Positions 39,425 to 49,995 of a stretch of DNA of 64,000 nt are shown here, one piece after another (the stretch's first letter is position 1; each line of letters opens with the position of its first letter). Source of the DNA: an uncultured Chloroflexia bacterium (lineage in GTDB: Bacteria > Chloroflexota > Limnocylindria > QHBO01); contig CAWINH010000006.1 of the NCBI GenBank assembly GCA_963837425.1, forward strand, positions 260,494 to 324,493. The letters are read 5' to 3'. The translations under genes were made by a program, and so were the position numbers. The notes under the pieces were generated by a model. The model saw only the letters and a program-made list of their open reading frames with translations, searched no databases and was not told the origin of the DNA.

Positions 39425-39454
39425 AGTCTATCCGGCCGATGCCGCGCGTGTCAA
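39425..39454 (-). promoter_or_regulatory. sigma70-type promoter of the leader/ABC/GNAT operon
   Basis: TTGACA-18 nt-TAGACT on the minus strand. Confidence 0.65.
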
Positions 39455-39635
39455 GACGAGGCGGGGGTACACGCCTTGCCTGCTGGATCTCGACCAGAGC
39501 GGCTCGTCGTTCGGCTCGAGGACCGCCCAATCAAGCACGTGACGGAGACCTCCTCTCCCCGGGGTGGCATCCGCCGAACCGGCATGTCCTTCCAGTCCGG
39601 GGACGCCTGCGCCCCCGACCACCGCCAGCTTGACA

Positions 39636-39662
39636 CGAGTCATATATTCACGAGATGACTCG
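39636..39662. promoter_or_regulatory. palindromic operator overlapping the TetR start
   Basis: CGAGTCAT-11 nt-ATGACTCG perfect inverted repeat; overlaps a TATATT -10-like box ending 6 nt before the ATG. Confidence 0.6.
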
Positions 39663-40272
39663 CATCACCAATACGGAGCCTGCGACCCGCCCATACCGGA
39701 GTGATCTCCGGGCCGAGCGGGCGGAAGACACGAGCCGGCGAATCCTCGACGCGACCCTGCGAGTCATGGCCGGCGGTCTCGCGTCAGTCTCGATCCCGGC
39801 CGTGGCGCGCGCGGCGGGCGTATCGGTCCCCACCGTCTACCGCCACTTCGGCACGAAGCAGCGCCTCCTGGAGGCGGTCTATCCGCACGTCGTCCGGTTC
39901 CTGAGGCCGAATGAGTTCACGCCACCCTCGACAGTCGCCGGGGTTCGCCGCCTGGTACGGCAGGCGATGTCGCAGATCGGGTCAATCGACGACGTCGCCC
40001 TGGCGGCGCTCACCAGCCCCGCGGGCGAGGAGGCGCGACGGGCGAGCATGCCGATGCGGCTCCGGCTCAGTCGGGAGTTTGCAGACGCCGCCGCATCCGG
40101 CCTGGGCGAGGCCGATCGGGATCGGCTTGCGCGCCTGATGGTGGTCCTCACCTCGTCGTCCGCGTTGCGCGCGCTGCATCACCACCTCGGGCGCTCGACC
40201 GAAGAGGTAGCCGATGACATCGAGTGGGTGCTCCGCTCGGTCATCGACGGCAACCGGAGGGATGAACCATGA
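39655..40272 (+). CDS. TetR-family transcriptional regulator
   Basis: RILDAT...SIPAVARAAGVSVPTVYRHFGTK. Confidence 0.92.
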   Translation: MTRITNTEPATRPYRSDLRAERAEDTSRRILDATLRVMAGGLASVSIPAVARAAGVSVPTVYRHFGTKQRLLEAVYPHVVRFLRPNEFTPPSTVAGVRRLVRQAMSQIGSIDDVALAALTSPAGEEARRASMPMRLRLSREFADAAASGLGEADRDRLARLMVVLTSSSALRALHHHLGRSTEEVADDIEWVLRSVIDGNRRDEP

Positions 40273-42461
40273 CCAATGCCCCGACCGCGGTTCGCAGCCT
40301 CGCGGATGTACGCATGGCCGATGTCGACGAGGTCGGCGGCAAGGCGGCGGGCCTTGGCGAGCTCTTCGCACTCGGGGCCCGCGTGCCGGATGGGGTGGTG
40401 CTCGGCGCGAGCGCAACCGAGCTGACCGCCGACGATCGCGTGGCGCTGCTGGCTGAGATGCGCGCCAACCTGGGCATCGGCCCGTTCGCCGTCCGCTCCA
40501 GCGGCGTGTCCGAGGACGGAGCCGATCGATCCTTCGCCGGCATGTTCGAGACGGTGCTGAACGTCCCCGCCGACGAGCTGCCGGCGGCGGTTGACCGGGT
40601 CCTGGAGAGCGCCCGCGGCGTTCGTCTGGCCGGCTATCAGCCGACCGGCAACGGCCACATGGCGGTCATCATCCAGCGCATGGTGGCCCCGGCCGCGGCC
40701 GGGGTGGCCCTCACCGCGGACCCGATCGGCGGCGACCGCGCGACGATCATCGTCACCGCGGTCCGTGGCCTCGGGGAGCGGCTCGTCTCCGGCGAGGCGC
40801 TCGGCGACGAGTGGGTGATCCGTGACGGCACGGCCGCCCCGCGGCGCCGTCCCGAGTCGGCCATCGACGCCCGGCAGGCACGAGCGGTGGCCGGCGAGGC
40901 GCGGCGCATCGCGGAGCTGCGCGGCGCTCCGCAGGACATCGAGTGGGCGATCGACGGTGAGGGGGCGATCTGGATCCTCCAGGCCCGCCCAATGACCGCG
41001 CTGCCGCCCGACGTGTCATGGAAGCCACCGGCGCCCGGCGCCTACACGCGAACCCTGCGCTTCGGGGAGTGGATCTCGGAGCCGGTCACCCCGCTCTTCG
41101 AGTCCTGGCTGCTGAACACCCTCGAGGAGCGCCTCCACGCCAATATCCGCAACGAGATCGGGCAGCATGCGCCGTTGCCGCACCACGTGATCGTCAACGG
41201 CTGGTACTTCTACTCGATCAACTGGATCGCCCCCGGCAACATGCTCCGCAGCCTGCCGAGCATCCTCTGGCACGTCCTCCGCCAACCGCGCGCGGCCGCC
41301 GGGGTGATCCCGGCCACCGCACGGTTCAGCTACCCGATCATGGAGCGCAGGTGGCGCACCGATGTGCAGCCGCGCTACCGGGCGGCGGTGGCAGCGGCCG
41401 GGGAGCGGGTCGAGGGGCTGCCGGTCTCCGAGCTCCCGGCGCTGATCGACGAGATGGCCACACTGGCCGGTGACTACACGCTGTCGCTCGTGGCGCTGGC
41501 CGGCGCCGCGTACAAGATGGAGATCAACCTCGCCAAGTTCTACCGCGCCCACCTGGCACCAGGCCTGGGCGGCTCGCATCTGCCGCTCGTTTCGGGGATC
41601 AAGGCGCCCGAGGCGCCGGCTCCTCACGCGGTGGTCTCGCTGGACTGGATCTACCCGCCGGGACCGCAGCAGCCACCGCCAACCGGCCCCCAGGCGAATC
41701 ACCGTGGCGCGGTGGAGGCCAGGCAGGCGGCCGAGGCGGCTGCCGAGGCCGTGCTCGCCGGGTCGCCAAAGCGGCTGCGGGCGTTCCGGCAGGTGCTGGC
41801 CGATGCCCAGCACCTGGTCCCCATCCGGGAGGAACAGACCGCCGAGTTCACCCTGCCCTGGCCGGTCATGCGCCGGGCCGTCCTGCGCATCGGGGAGGAG
41901 CTCGGCCGACGCGGCAGCCTGCCGGCGGCTGATGACGTCTTCTTCCTGACCCGCCGGGAAGTGCTCGCGGCGCTTGCCGGCGATGAGAAAGGTCAGCTTG
42001 CCGACCTGGTGCACGGCCGGCGGGCGCTGCGCGAGGAGCAGGCCCGCCTGGTGCCGCCGGTCTTCATCGGCCGTATCAACCGGTTCCTGCGCTCGTTCTG
42101 GGAGAACTATCCGACCCAGTTCGGCGCCGTCAGGTCCGACTCGGCCCTGGCCTCCGGGGTGCCGGCAGCGCCGGGCCGCGTGACCGGATTGGTGCGGGTC
42201 ATTCGCGGACCCGGGGAGTGGGATCAGCTGCAGCCAGGCGAGATCCTGGTGGCCCCGCTCACCGCACCGGCGTGGACGCCTCTCTTCACGCTGGCCGCCG
42301 CGGTCGTCACCGATACCGGGAGCGCCGCTTCTCACGCGTCGATCATCGCCCGCGAGTACGGGATCCCGGCGGTGGTCGGCTGCGGCGACGCCACCGCCCG
42401 TCTGCGCACCGGGATGCGCGTCACGGTCGACGGCAGCACGGGGAACGTGGAGCCCGCCTGA
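40269..42461 (+). CDS. PEP-synthase/rifampin-phosphotransferase-like dikinase
   Basis: VGGKAAGL, AVRSS..EDG..SFAG, QDIEWA, LQARPMT; C-terminal swivel domain GSAASHASIIAREYGIPAVVG. Confidence 0.82.
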   Translation: MTNAPTAVRSLADVRMADVDEVGGKAAGLGELFALGARVPDGVVLGASATELTADDRVALLAEMRANLGIGPFAVRSSGVSEDGADRSFAGMFETVLNVPADELPAAVDRVLESARGVRLAGYQPTGNGHMAVIIQRMVAPAAAGVALTADPIGGDRATIIVTAVRGLGERLVSGEALGDEWVIRDGTAAPRRRPESAIDARQARAVAGEARRIAELRGAPQDIEWAIDGEGAIWILQARPMTALPPDVSWKPPAPGAYTRTLRFGEWISEPVTPLFESWLLNTLEERLHANIRNEIGQHAPLPHHVIVNGWYFYSINWIAPGNMLRSLPSILWHVLRQPRAAAGVIPATARFSYPIMERRWRTDVQPRYRAAVAAAGERVEGLPVSELPALIDEMATLAGDYTLSLVALAGAAYKMEINLAKFYRAHLAPGLGGSHLPLVSGIKAPEAPAPHAVVSLDWIYPPGPQQPPPTGPQANHRGAVEARQAAEAAAEAVLAGSPKRLRAFRQVLADAQHLVPIREEQTAEFTLPWPVMRRAVLRIGEELGRRGSLPAADDVFFLTRREVLAALAGDEKGQLADLVHGRRALREEQARLVPPVFIGRINRFLRSFWENYPTQFGAVRSDSALASGVPAAPGRVTGLVRVIRGPGEWDQLQPGEILVAPLTAPAWTPLFTLAAAVVTDTGSAASHASIIAREYGIPAVVGCGDATARLRTGMRVTVDGSTGNVEPA

Positions 42462-42623
42462 GCTCCGCGAGGCTGCGGCCGCTCGCCCGCCTTGCGTGGC
42501 GCGACCCTCGTCGCGGAACCCGCATTGGGCCGGACGGCACTGGCGACATGGGCCGCAGCCTTTGCCACAATGTCCGCCTGCGCGGCCGCGCAATGGTCGC
42601 GAGCGGAGGAAGGGCCACTCGAG

Positions 42624-43589
42624 ATGCATATCAACCGCGGGCTGCTCTTCTGGGGGCTGGCCCTGGTGACCGGCGGCGCCGTGGCGCTCGCGGTCCAGCT
42701 CGACTACGTCGACCGCGGCGTCGTGTCCGATGCATGGCGCCTGTGGCCGCTGATCCTGGTCGCCATTGGCCTTGCCATCGTCCTGTCGAGAACACCGTTC
42801 GCTGTGCTCGGGACGGTCGCCGCCGCACTCGTGGTCGGGGTCGCGGGGGGCGCGCTGCTGACGGTCGGCCCCGGCGTGGTCGCCTGCGGCAGCAGCGACC
42901 CGACGAGCCTCCAGCCGCACGACGGCAGCTTCAGCGCGGACGCGGTGACGACCCGTCTCGACTTCAACTGCGGGACGCTGCGCGTCGCCATGGCCCCGGG
43001 AAGCGACTGGTCGGCGAAGACCGGCTCCACCCGGAGCGGCGCGTCGGCCAATGTCTCCTCATCGGGGAACGCGCTCACGATCAGCTCGCCGCAGGGCAGC
43101 TTCGACTTTGCCGGGAACCGCCAGCGATGGGAGGTGACCCTCGGCTCGAACCCGACGTACGACCTCCAGGTCAGCCCGAACGCCGCCGATGCGAACCTTG
43201 ACCTCGCGAGCGGTGCCTTCAGCCACCTTGGCCTGAGCCTGAACGCGGGCTCGGTAACGATGAACCTCGCCGGCGCCACGGTGGACGACATCGCGCTGAG
43301 CATGAACGCGGGCTCGTTCTCGATCAGCGTCGACGGCGACACGAGCCTCGACGGCGGCTGGGAGGCGAACGCCGGCAGCCTCGAGCTGTGCACGACAACC
43401 GAAACCGCCGTCCGGCTCACCGTCGATGCGAACTTCACGTTCAGCCACAACCTCGACGGCTCCGGACTGAGCCGCGACGGTGATACCTGGACGAGCGCGA
43501 ACTACGCCGCGGCCACGAAGCGCGTCACGCTGACACTGTCGGGCAACGCGGCGAGCTTCTCACTGAACCCGAACGGAGGCTGCTCATGA
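42624..43589 (+). CDS. LiaF-like membrane protein with beta-solenoid domain
   Basis: GGAGGA then MHINRGLLFWG; WRLWPLILVAIG; repeated NCG/NAA/NAGS strands. Confidence 0.72.
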   Translation: MHINRGLLFWGLALVTGGAVALAVQLDYVDRGVVSDAWRLWPLILVAIGLAIVLSRTPFAVLGTVAAALVVGVAGGALLTVGPGVVACGSSDPTSLQPHDGSFSADAVTTRLDFNCGTLRVAMAPGSDWSAKTGSTRSGASANVSSSGNALTISSPQGSFDFAGNRQRWEVTLGSNPTYDLQVSPNAADANLDLASGAFSHLGLSLNAGSVTMNLAGATVDDIALSMNAGSFSISVDGDTSLDGGWEANAGSLELCTTTETAVRLTVDANFTFSHNLDGSGLSRDGDTWTSANYAAATKRVTLTLSGNAASFSLNPNGGCS

Positions 43590-44029
43590 GCCGACGACTG
43601 TACCGATCGCGGACCGATTCGATCCTGGGCGGTGTCGCCGGCGGGGTCGCCGAGTACCTCGACGTGGATCCGTCCCTGGTCCGCATCATCTGGGCGGTCC
43701 TTGCGGTCGTGACCGGGGGGATCTTCGTGATCCTCTACATCGTGATGTGGATCGTGGTGCCGTACGGCCCGACCTCGCCCGTCGCCGAGGGCGCACCGGG
43801 CAGCGATCCGGAGGGGGCAGCCGGTCCGGCGACCTCGACCACTCGGGCCGTCGGCCACCGCCACGGGTCAGGGAACGGGACCGTGATCTTCGGTCTGATC
43901 CTCATGGGCATCGGCGGCTGGTTCTTCGTGCGTCAGACGCTCGACATCAACGTCGACCGGCTCTGGCCGGTTGGGCTCGTCGCGGTCGGCGTCCTCCTCC
44001 TGCTCGTCTCGCTGCGGCGACCCACGTAG
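43586..44029 (+). CDS. pspC: PspC-domain protein with C-terminal LiaF-like TM pair
   Basis: RRLYRSRTDSILGGVAGGVAEYLDVDPSLVR, YIVMWIVVP. Confidence 0.88.
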   Translation: MSRRLYRSRTDSILGGVAGGVAEYLDVDPSLVRIIWAVLAVVTGGIFVILYIVMWIVVPYGPTSPVAEGAPGSDPEGAAGPATSTTRAVGHRHGSGNGTVIFGLILMGIGGWFFVRQTLDINVDRLWPVGLVAVGVLLLLVSLRRPT

Positions 44030-47000
44030 CACCTCGCGCCCCCAGAGCGCCCACGTCGCCGAACCGAGCGCCAGGACGGTGCCGACCGCCAGGGTCACGA
44101 TGCTCGTGCTGATCAGTGCCGGGCGGACACCCTGCGGCGGGTTCGGGAACTGGAAGGCGTAGTTCCACGGCAGCAGCGTACGGGCCGCGTTGATGTACCA
44201 GTCGGGCATGGCGAGGGCCGATCCCATCGGGAAGACGAGGACCCCCGCGACCGCGGCCAGCACGATGAAGGCGATCCCGAACGGGCGCCAGCTCCAGCTG
44301 CGCAGCGCCTCGTCGAGGACGTACGCCACCGCGATCATCGCGAAGAGCACCGCAGTCAGGTAGTGGTACTGGAACGTCGCGCGCTCGATCCGGGTCCAGG
44401 GCAGGAACTGGAGCGCGAAGGCCGCCACGACGAGGACGAGGGCCGGCGAGCGGCGGCGCCAGGCCTGGAGGCTGCACCACAGGATCGCCGGCACCCCGGC
44501 CCAGAACAGGATTGGGTTCCCACCGTTGTAGACGACCGCGATCCGCCGGTCGATGAGGATCGGCCCCAGCTGGAGGCTGTCGAAGTCGTGGCCATAGAAC
44601 CAGACCGGCTTGAGGTCGAGCGGCCAGCTCCACCACGGTGATGCGGCGGGATGGCCGGCCTGCAGCCCAAAGTGGTAGCCGAACATCTGGGCCTGCAGCT
44701 CGTCGAGCGACCAGCCGTAGCCCGGTCCCGCGCTCGCGCCGGCGATGTTGTGCCCTAGCTCGAGGTACGGGATATAGGCGAGGAAGTAGACGACGAGCGG
44801 GATCACGATCAGGCAGGCCCCGATCCACGGCCAGTTGAAGCCACCGAGCCCGCCGGGCTGCATCCAGCGCCGATCGCTCTCCGGCTTGCGCAGCGAGGCG
44901 ACCGCCCGCATCACGAGCAGCAAGGCGCCGATGCCGAGCATGATCCAGGCCGGCCATGCGGCCTGGGCGCCGCCGGCGAGCACGCCAAAGATCAGCTCGA
45001 CCGCACTCGTCGCCTTCCGGACATCGGGCACCTGCGAGTACCCGATCGTGAACGCCAGCGCCACCCCCGAGAAGATCGCCATCGTGGGCGCCAGTCCCAG
45101 CAGGTCGTTCGACGTGAGGCGGACGGGCCGTATCCAGGTCACGACCAGGGCGAGCGCCAGCGCCAGCACCGAAAACGCGAGGAACGGCCAGGGCGCGCCG
45201 GCACCGAGCACTGCGGTGGTCACCGCTGCGCCGGCCACCAGGAGGAAGCGGCCGAGGTGCGAGCGCGCCAGGACGAGGATCCAGAGCCCCATGAGGGCGT
45301 AGATCCCGACCCACTTGCTCGCGGCCGCCAGGCCGATGAGCACGCCGACCAGCGGCAGCGCCCACCATGCGCTGCGCGCCCAGCGACCGGACCAGATCTG
45401 CCAGAAGACGAGGTAGCCGCCGACGATGAAGGTCGCCACGAAGATGTCGTTCATGGCGATCCGGCTCATGACGTAGCTCATCCCGTCGACCGCCACGAAG
45501 ATCGCGGCCAGGACCGCGATCCGGCGCCGGCGGAACATCGTCGCCGCCAGGAGGTAGACGAGGCCCACCAGCACGCTCCCGAACAGGACCCCGGCCAGCC
45601 GCCAGGCGAAGGCGTTGCTGCCGACGTCGACGCCGGTCAGCTCGCCGCCGGTGCCGGTCGCAACCGAGACGAGGAGGCGCTCGTGGTCGTCACCCTGGTC
45701 GTGGTCGCTCATGTCGAAGGCCATCGCCTGCGGATCGCCGGCCAGTGGCGTCGTGTCGTACGCCGCGAAGCCGACGCTCTGCGTGCCGCCGTTCCCGAGC
45801 GGCTGGACGGTCCACAGCTGGTAGGCGCCATCGGGCGCCTGGCCGGCGATGTAGATGATGTTCGCCACCGACTGCCAGCCGATGATCTCCGGCCGCCCGG
45901 GGAGCGGGGCGGTGTCGATGAGGCTGACGCTGTCGTTGAAGACGGTGATGCCGCCGTCCACCGCGGGGTGCTCGTTGTCCGCGGGGAGAGCGCCGACCGG
46001 CACCCAGACCTGGAGGTCCGTGCCGCTGCCTCGAACCTGGATCGGGCCGGCCGCAGTCGCCGGCAGGTCTCGCGTATCGGCAATGTCGCCGACCATCGAC
46101 GGGGCGAGGGTCGCCGCGTCGAGGAGCAGGAGCTGGGTCCGATCGGCGCTCACCGCGACGACCCACGGCCCACCGCTGCCCTGGCTCGGGGACGGGACGT
46201 AGGCGACCGATGCGACAACGAGGTCGGTCGCCGCGAGGCTGGCGCCGGTCGTTCGCTCCAGCTCGGCAATGCCGTCCGGGCCGCGGGCCAGGATGACCGC
46301 CTGGTCGGCGGGGATCTCGATCTCCGAGACTGCGGCGAGGCCGGTGTCGATCGGAGCGGCACCGACCGGCGGAGCGCGCGTTCCATGGGCGGTCAGGAAG
46401 GTGCTGACGTCGAAGACGTTGATCTGCCCGGTATCGGTCCGCCCCACGAGGAGGCGGCCGGCGTCCTCATCGTAGGCGAGGGCGTCGACCGGCCCGGCGG
46501 CGTCCCAGGCCGCGAGCTGCTGCCCGCTGAGCGCGTCGCTGGCGATGATCTGCCGGCTGCCGTCCGCGGTGAAGACGACCGACTCGGGACGGTCGGACGC
46601 GGTCCGCTGGGGCGCGACGGCCACCGCCACCGGCACGCTGTCGAGCGGCCGGCGGGTGACGACCTGGTTCGGATCGGCGACGACGATGCCGGCCGCGATC
46701 AGGTACTTCGCCAGCATCGGGTGCGTCCACTCGTACGTGTCGCGCGTCCAGCCATGCTCCCAGTCGGCCAGCCACTCCGTCGCCGAGCGCGCGTGGTAGA
46801 CCTCGTCGAAGATCATCGAGCGCGGCAGGTCCAGGCGCCAGAGCCGGAACGCGAGCGCCCCGATCACGAAGGCGACGACGAGCAGCAGGTCGCGCCGGTC
46901 GAGGCGTCGCCCCCGCTCGCGAAGGTACGGGTCGACGGGGGTCCGGCCGCATCCAGGCCCGCAGCCGGTCGAGGCGGCTCGGCGGGCCCGTCGGCCCCGT

Positions 47001-48605
47001 CGGGCCCGTCGGCCCCGTCGGCTCCGCGGGCAGGGTTGCCGAACTGCCGGCGACGAGCTGTGCATCATCGGCGGCCGGCTCGGGGCGAGTCGCAAGCGCC
47101 CTCCGCGGGACGCCCTCGACCGGTGAACGTGCCAGGACGATCGCGCGCCAGAGCAGGAAGCCAAGCGCCACGACGACCATCCAGCTCAGGGCGTAGATCG
47201 CCCAGTCCGAGTAGAGGACCGCCTGGAGCACCGGATCGCGAGCCATTGGCTCGCCGTTGACCCCCGGGTTGAGCGGGCCTCCGCTCCCCTGCGCGTACGA
47301 CCAGTCGATCGTGTAGACGTAGTAGACGTTCGCGAAGACCGACAGCGAGAGGACGCCGTAGAGCGTCGCCCAGCGGCGCGAGCGGAGCACGAGCGGCGCC
47401 GCGAGGGCCAGCGCCGGGAACAGGTAGCGCTCGTGAACCCGGGTCGGCAGGGCGAAGAAGGCAACCGCCAGGGTCAGCGAGGAGACGAGCAGCCCGCGCG
47501 CGTCGTCGCGGCGGGCGACCTGCCAGTACGCGATGAGGGCCGCGATCCCGAACAGGACGAACCCGACGAGCTGCCAGGTGACGTTGAAGCTCCCGACCGA
47601 GAAGAAGATGCCCGCGCCGCCCGCGCACCCGGTACCGGGCACGTCGCAGCCCCACTGGTTGCCGACGTCGCCGAGCCCGCTGAACGGGTTGCGCCAGATG
47701 TTGAACGCGTTGATGGTGAGGCCCGCGTAGGTGTTCGCCGCCTCTGTGAACTTGTCGATCAGGCTGTGGCTGGGGTCGCCCGGGGCCCAGACCGCCATCC
47801 CGAATGGCCAGATCATGACCACCAGCGAGCCGAGGCCGGCGGCCAGCGAGGTGAGCACCCGTAGCGGATCGGGCCTCCCGGCCAGCCCGGGGTCGCTCGA
47901 GCGGCCGAGGAGGTGCCGCTTGATTCCCACGATCGCGACGATCGGGATGACGAATGCGTACTGGAACTTCACGAGCAGCGCGAGCACGGCTCCGACCGCG
48001 GAGAGCTCGGTCCTGCCCCGGGCCAGCCAGTAGAGGCTGGCCAGGATGGCGAGCGCCCCCACCGCGTCCACCTGTCCCCACACCGCGGAATCGAAGAGCG
48101 TCGCCGGGTTGAAGAGGTAGATCGCGGCGGCCACCAGCCCCACGCGCTCCCCGTTCCACGACCCGATCAGGCCGGCCCCGTACCGTCGGCCGATGATGAA
48201 CAGCATCCACGCCACGCCGCCATCGGCCAGGATGGCCGGCACCTTGACGAGGCCGGCAGTGATGTCGACGCCGCCCAGGAGCGGCTTCAGCCAGGAGCCG
48301 ATGCTGCCGAGCAGCCAGAGGACGTAGAGGTAGCCCGGCGGGTAGTCGCTGAAGTACCCGGGGTCGTAGAAGCCACCCGGTCCCACGCTCGCCAGCCGCT
48401 GCCCCCAGGCCGTGAAATCACCGACGTCGATCCGAAAGCCGCTGTACGGGAGCAGCACGCCGGCGATCAGGCCACGGAGGGCGAGCCCCAGGATGATGAG
48501 GCCGATCGCGATCGTGACCGGGTCGAGGGGCAGGCGGCCGTCGAATGGCCTCGCGCCCCGCTTCCGCACGGAGTCGCGGGTCATGGGGTCCGGCGCCAGG
48601 GTCAT
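43868..48605 (-). CDS. double GT-C glycosyltransferase of about 1580 aa (DYPP-type GT-C plus PMT/GT39-like domain with extracellular insert); 1-nt frameshift at ~46940
   Basis: N part: D..DF..W, FSDYPPGY, FDSAVWGQVD, TRVHERYLFP. C part: IFDEVYH, YEWTHPMLAK, SRIAMNDIF, SKWVG, HPAASPWWSWP, GNP, FQYHY. The frames join at a C5 run (PDP/VDPY). Confidence 0.78.
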
Positions 48606-48799
48606 CGGCGCCGCGTCAGGCTCGCCAAGGTGGCCCGGAGTATACACACGCGGTCCCGGACGGCGCGGGCGGCCGATTCGTTCCCTCCAAGGCGTTCCCC
48701 ATGATGGTGGGGTACGATCGGCGGCGACGTACGGGCCTTTCGGGCCGGCGACCCAGCCCGCGTCTCCGGTCACACTGTGCGCGACACGATGCGGTCCTC

Positions 48800-49606
48800 A
48801 TGAGCAGCGACACACAGGGGAGCCACGTGAACGACGCCTCGCAGCCCCGCGCTTCCGCGCAGCCGCGCCTGACGTTCTTCTTCCCGGCCTACAACGAGGA
48901 GGAGAACGTCGAGCGGACCGTGGAGCTGGCGCTCGGCCAGATCGGCCCCATGGTGGACGGCTCCATCGAGGTGCTGATCGTCGACGACGGGTCGACCGAT
49001 CGGACGCCGCAGCTCGCCGACGCGCTTGCCGCGGCCGATCCCCGGGTCCGGGTCCACCACCAGCCGAACCGAGGCTACGGCGGGGCGCTGCAGGCCGGCT
49101 TCGCGAATGCCCGCGGCGACCTGATCTGCTTCTCCGACGGCGACCTGCAGTTCGACCTGGCGGAGATGGAGCGCCTGCTGGATCGCCTCGACGATCCGGC
49201 GGGGCGGGTGGATGCCGTGGTCGGCTGGCGCATCCGGCGCCGCGACCCCTTCCATCGGCTGTTCATCGCGAAGACCTACAACACGATCGTGTCGCTCGCG
49301 TTCGGCCTGCGGGTGCGCGACATCGATTGCGCCATGAAGCTCTTCCGTCGCCGGGTGTTCGATGGGCTGCGGCTCGACGCCGAGGGGCCGTTCCTCTCCG
49401 CGGAGCTGCTCATCAAGCTCCGCGCCCGCGGCGTCCCGATCGCGCAGGTGGGCGTCACCCACTACCCCCGCGCGGCGGGCACGAACACCGGCGCCAGCTT
49501 CGGCAAGATCCTGCGCACCTTCCGCGACCTGGGTGCCCTGCGCTGGGCGCTCTGGACGCACCGCGACGAGGTCCTCGGCCGCGTCACCCCGGAGCGCGCC
49601 GCCTAG
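48800..49606 (+). CDS. GT2 glycosyltransferase, polyprenol-phosphate sugar synthase-like
   Basis: FFPAYNEEEN, VDDGSTD, NRGYGGAL, SDGDLQFD, DIDCAMKL; start 48800 or GTG 48827. Confidence 0.88.
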   Translation: MSSDTQGSHVNDASQPRASAQPRLTFFFPAYNEEENVERTVELALGQIGPMVDGSIEVLIVDDGSTDRTPQLADALAAADPRVRVHHQPNRGYGGALQAGFANARGDLICFSDGDLQFDLAEMERLLDRLDDPAGRVDAVVGWRIRRRDPFHRLFIAKTYNTIVSLAFGLRVRDIDCAMKLFRRRVFDGLRLDAEGPFLSAELLIKLRARGVPIAQVGVTHYPRAAGTNTGASFGKILRTFRDLGALRWALWTHRDEVLGRVTPERAA

Positions 49607-49764
49607 CGACCCGTGGCTCCCCGCGCTCCCCGCGCTTGATGTGAGCGGCCCGATCGTTCGCCGCGCGGTGATCGACGGGTGGCCCCCGGCTGCTCCCTCG
49701 CGCGGTCGCATCCGTCGGACCGGTCGGACCCGTCGGACCCGTCGTTCATCAGAACTTGTCATTT

Positions 49765-49894
49765 GCGAATGCCCGTAGCGTTAGGTGACATGGGGCGGGG
49801 GCGCGGTGGCTGGTGGAGTTGGGCGTGAGCGTGAAGAGGGACACCGACGGCTCTTCGGGGACCTCCTATCCTGAATAACGCTACGTCCATTCGC
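49765..49894. repeat. 130-bp element bounded by 19-bp imperfect inverted repeats
   Basis: GCGAATGCCCGTAGCGTTA (49765-49783) versus TAACGCTACGTCCATTCGC (49876-49894), 17/19 complementary. Confidence 0.6.
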
Positions 49895-49995
49895 GCCTGG
49901 CGGAATGCGGCCTGCCTGCCCCCGATACCGCGATCTCCATTCGCATCTGACGAGACGGCGCGCGTGGTGACGGGCGTGGGCGCGGGCACGCGGAG

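Noticed and set aside
46984-47023. 9-bp tandem repeat as a mobile or regulatory element
   Set aside because: It encodes the (PTG)4 interdomain linker of the glycosyltransferase.
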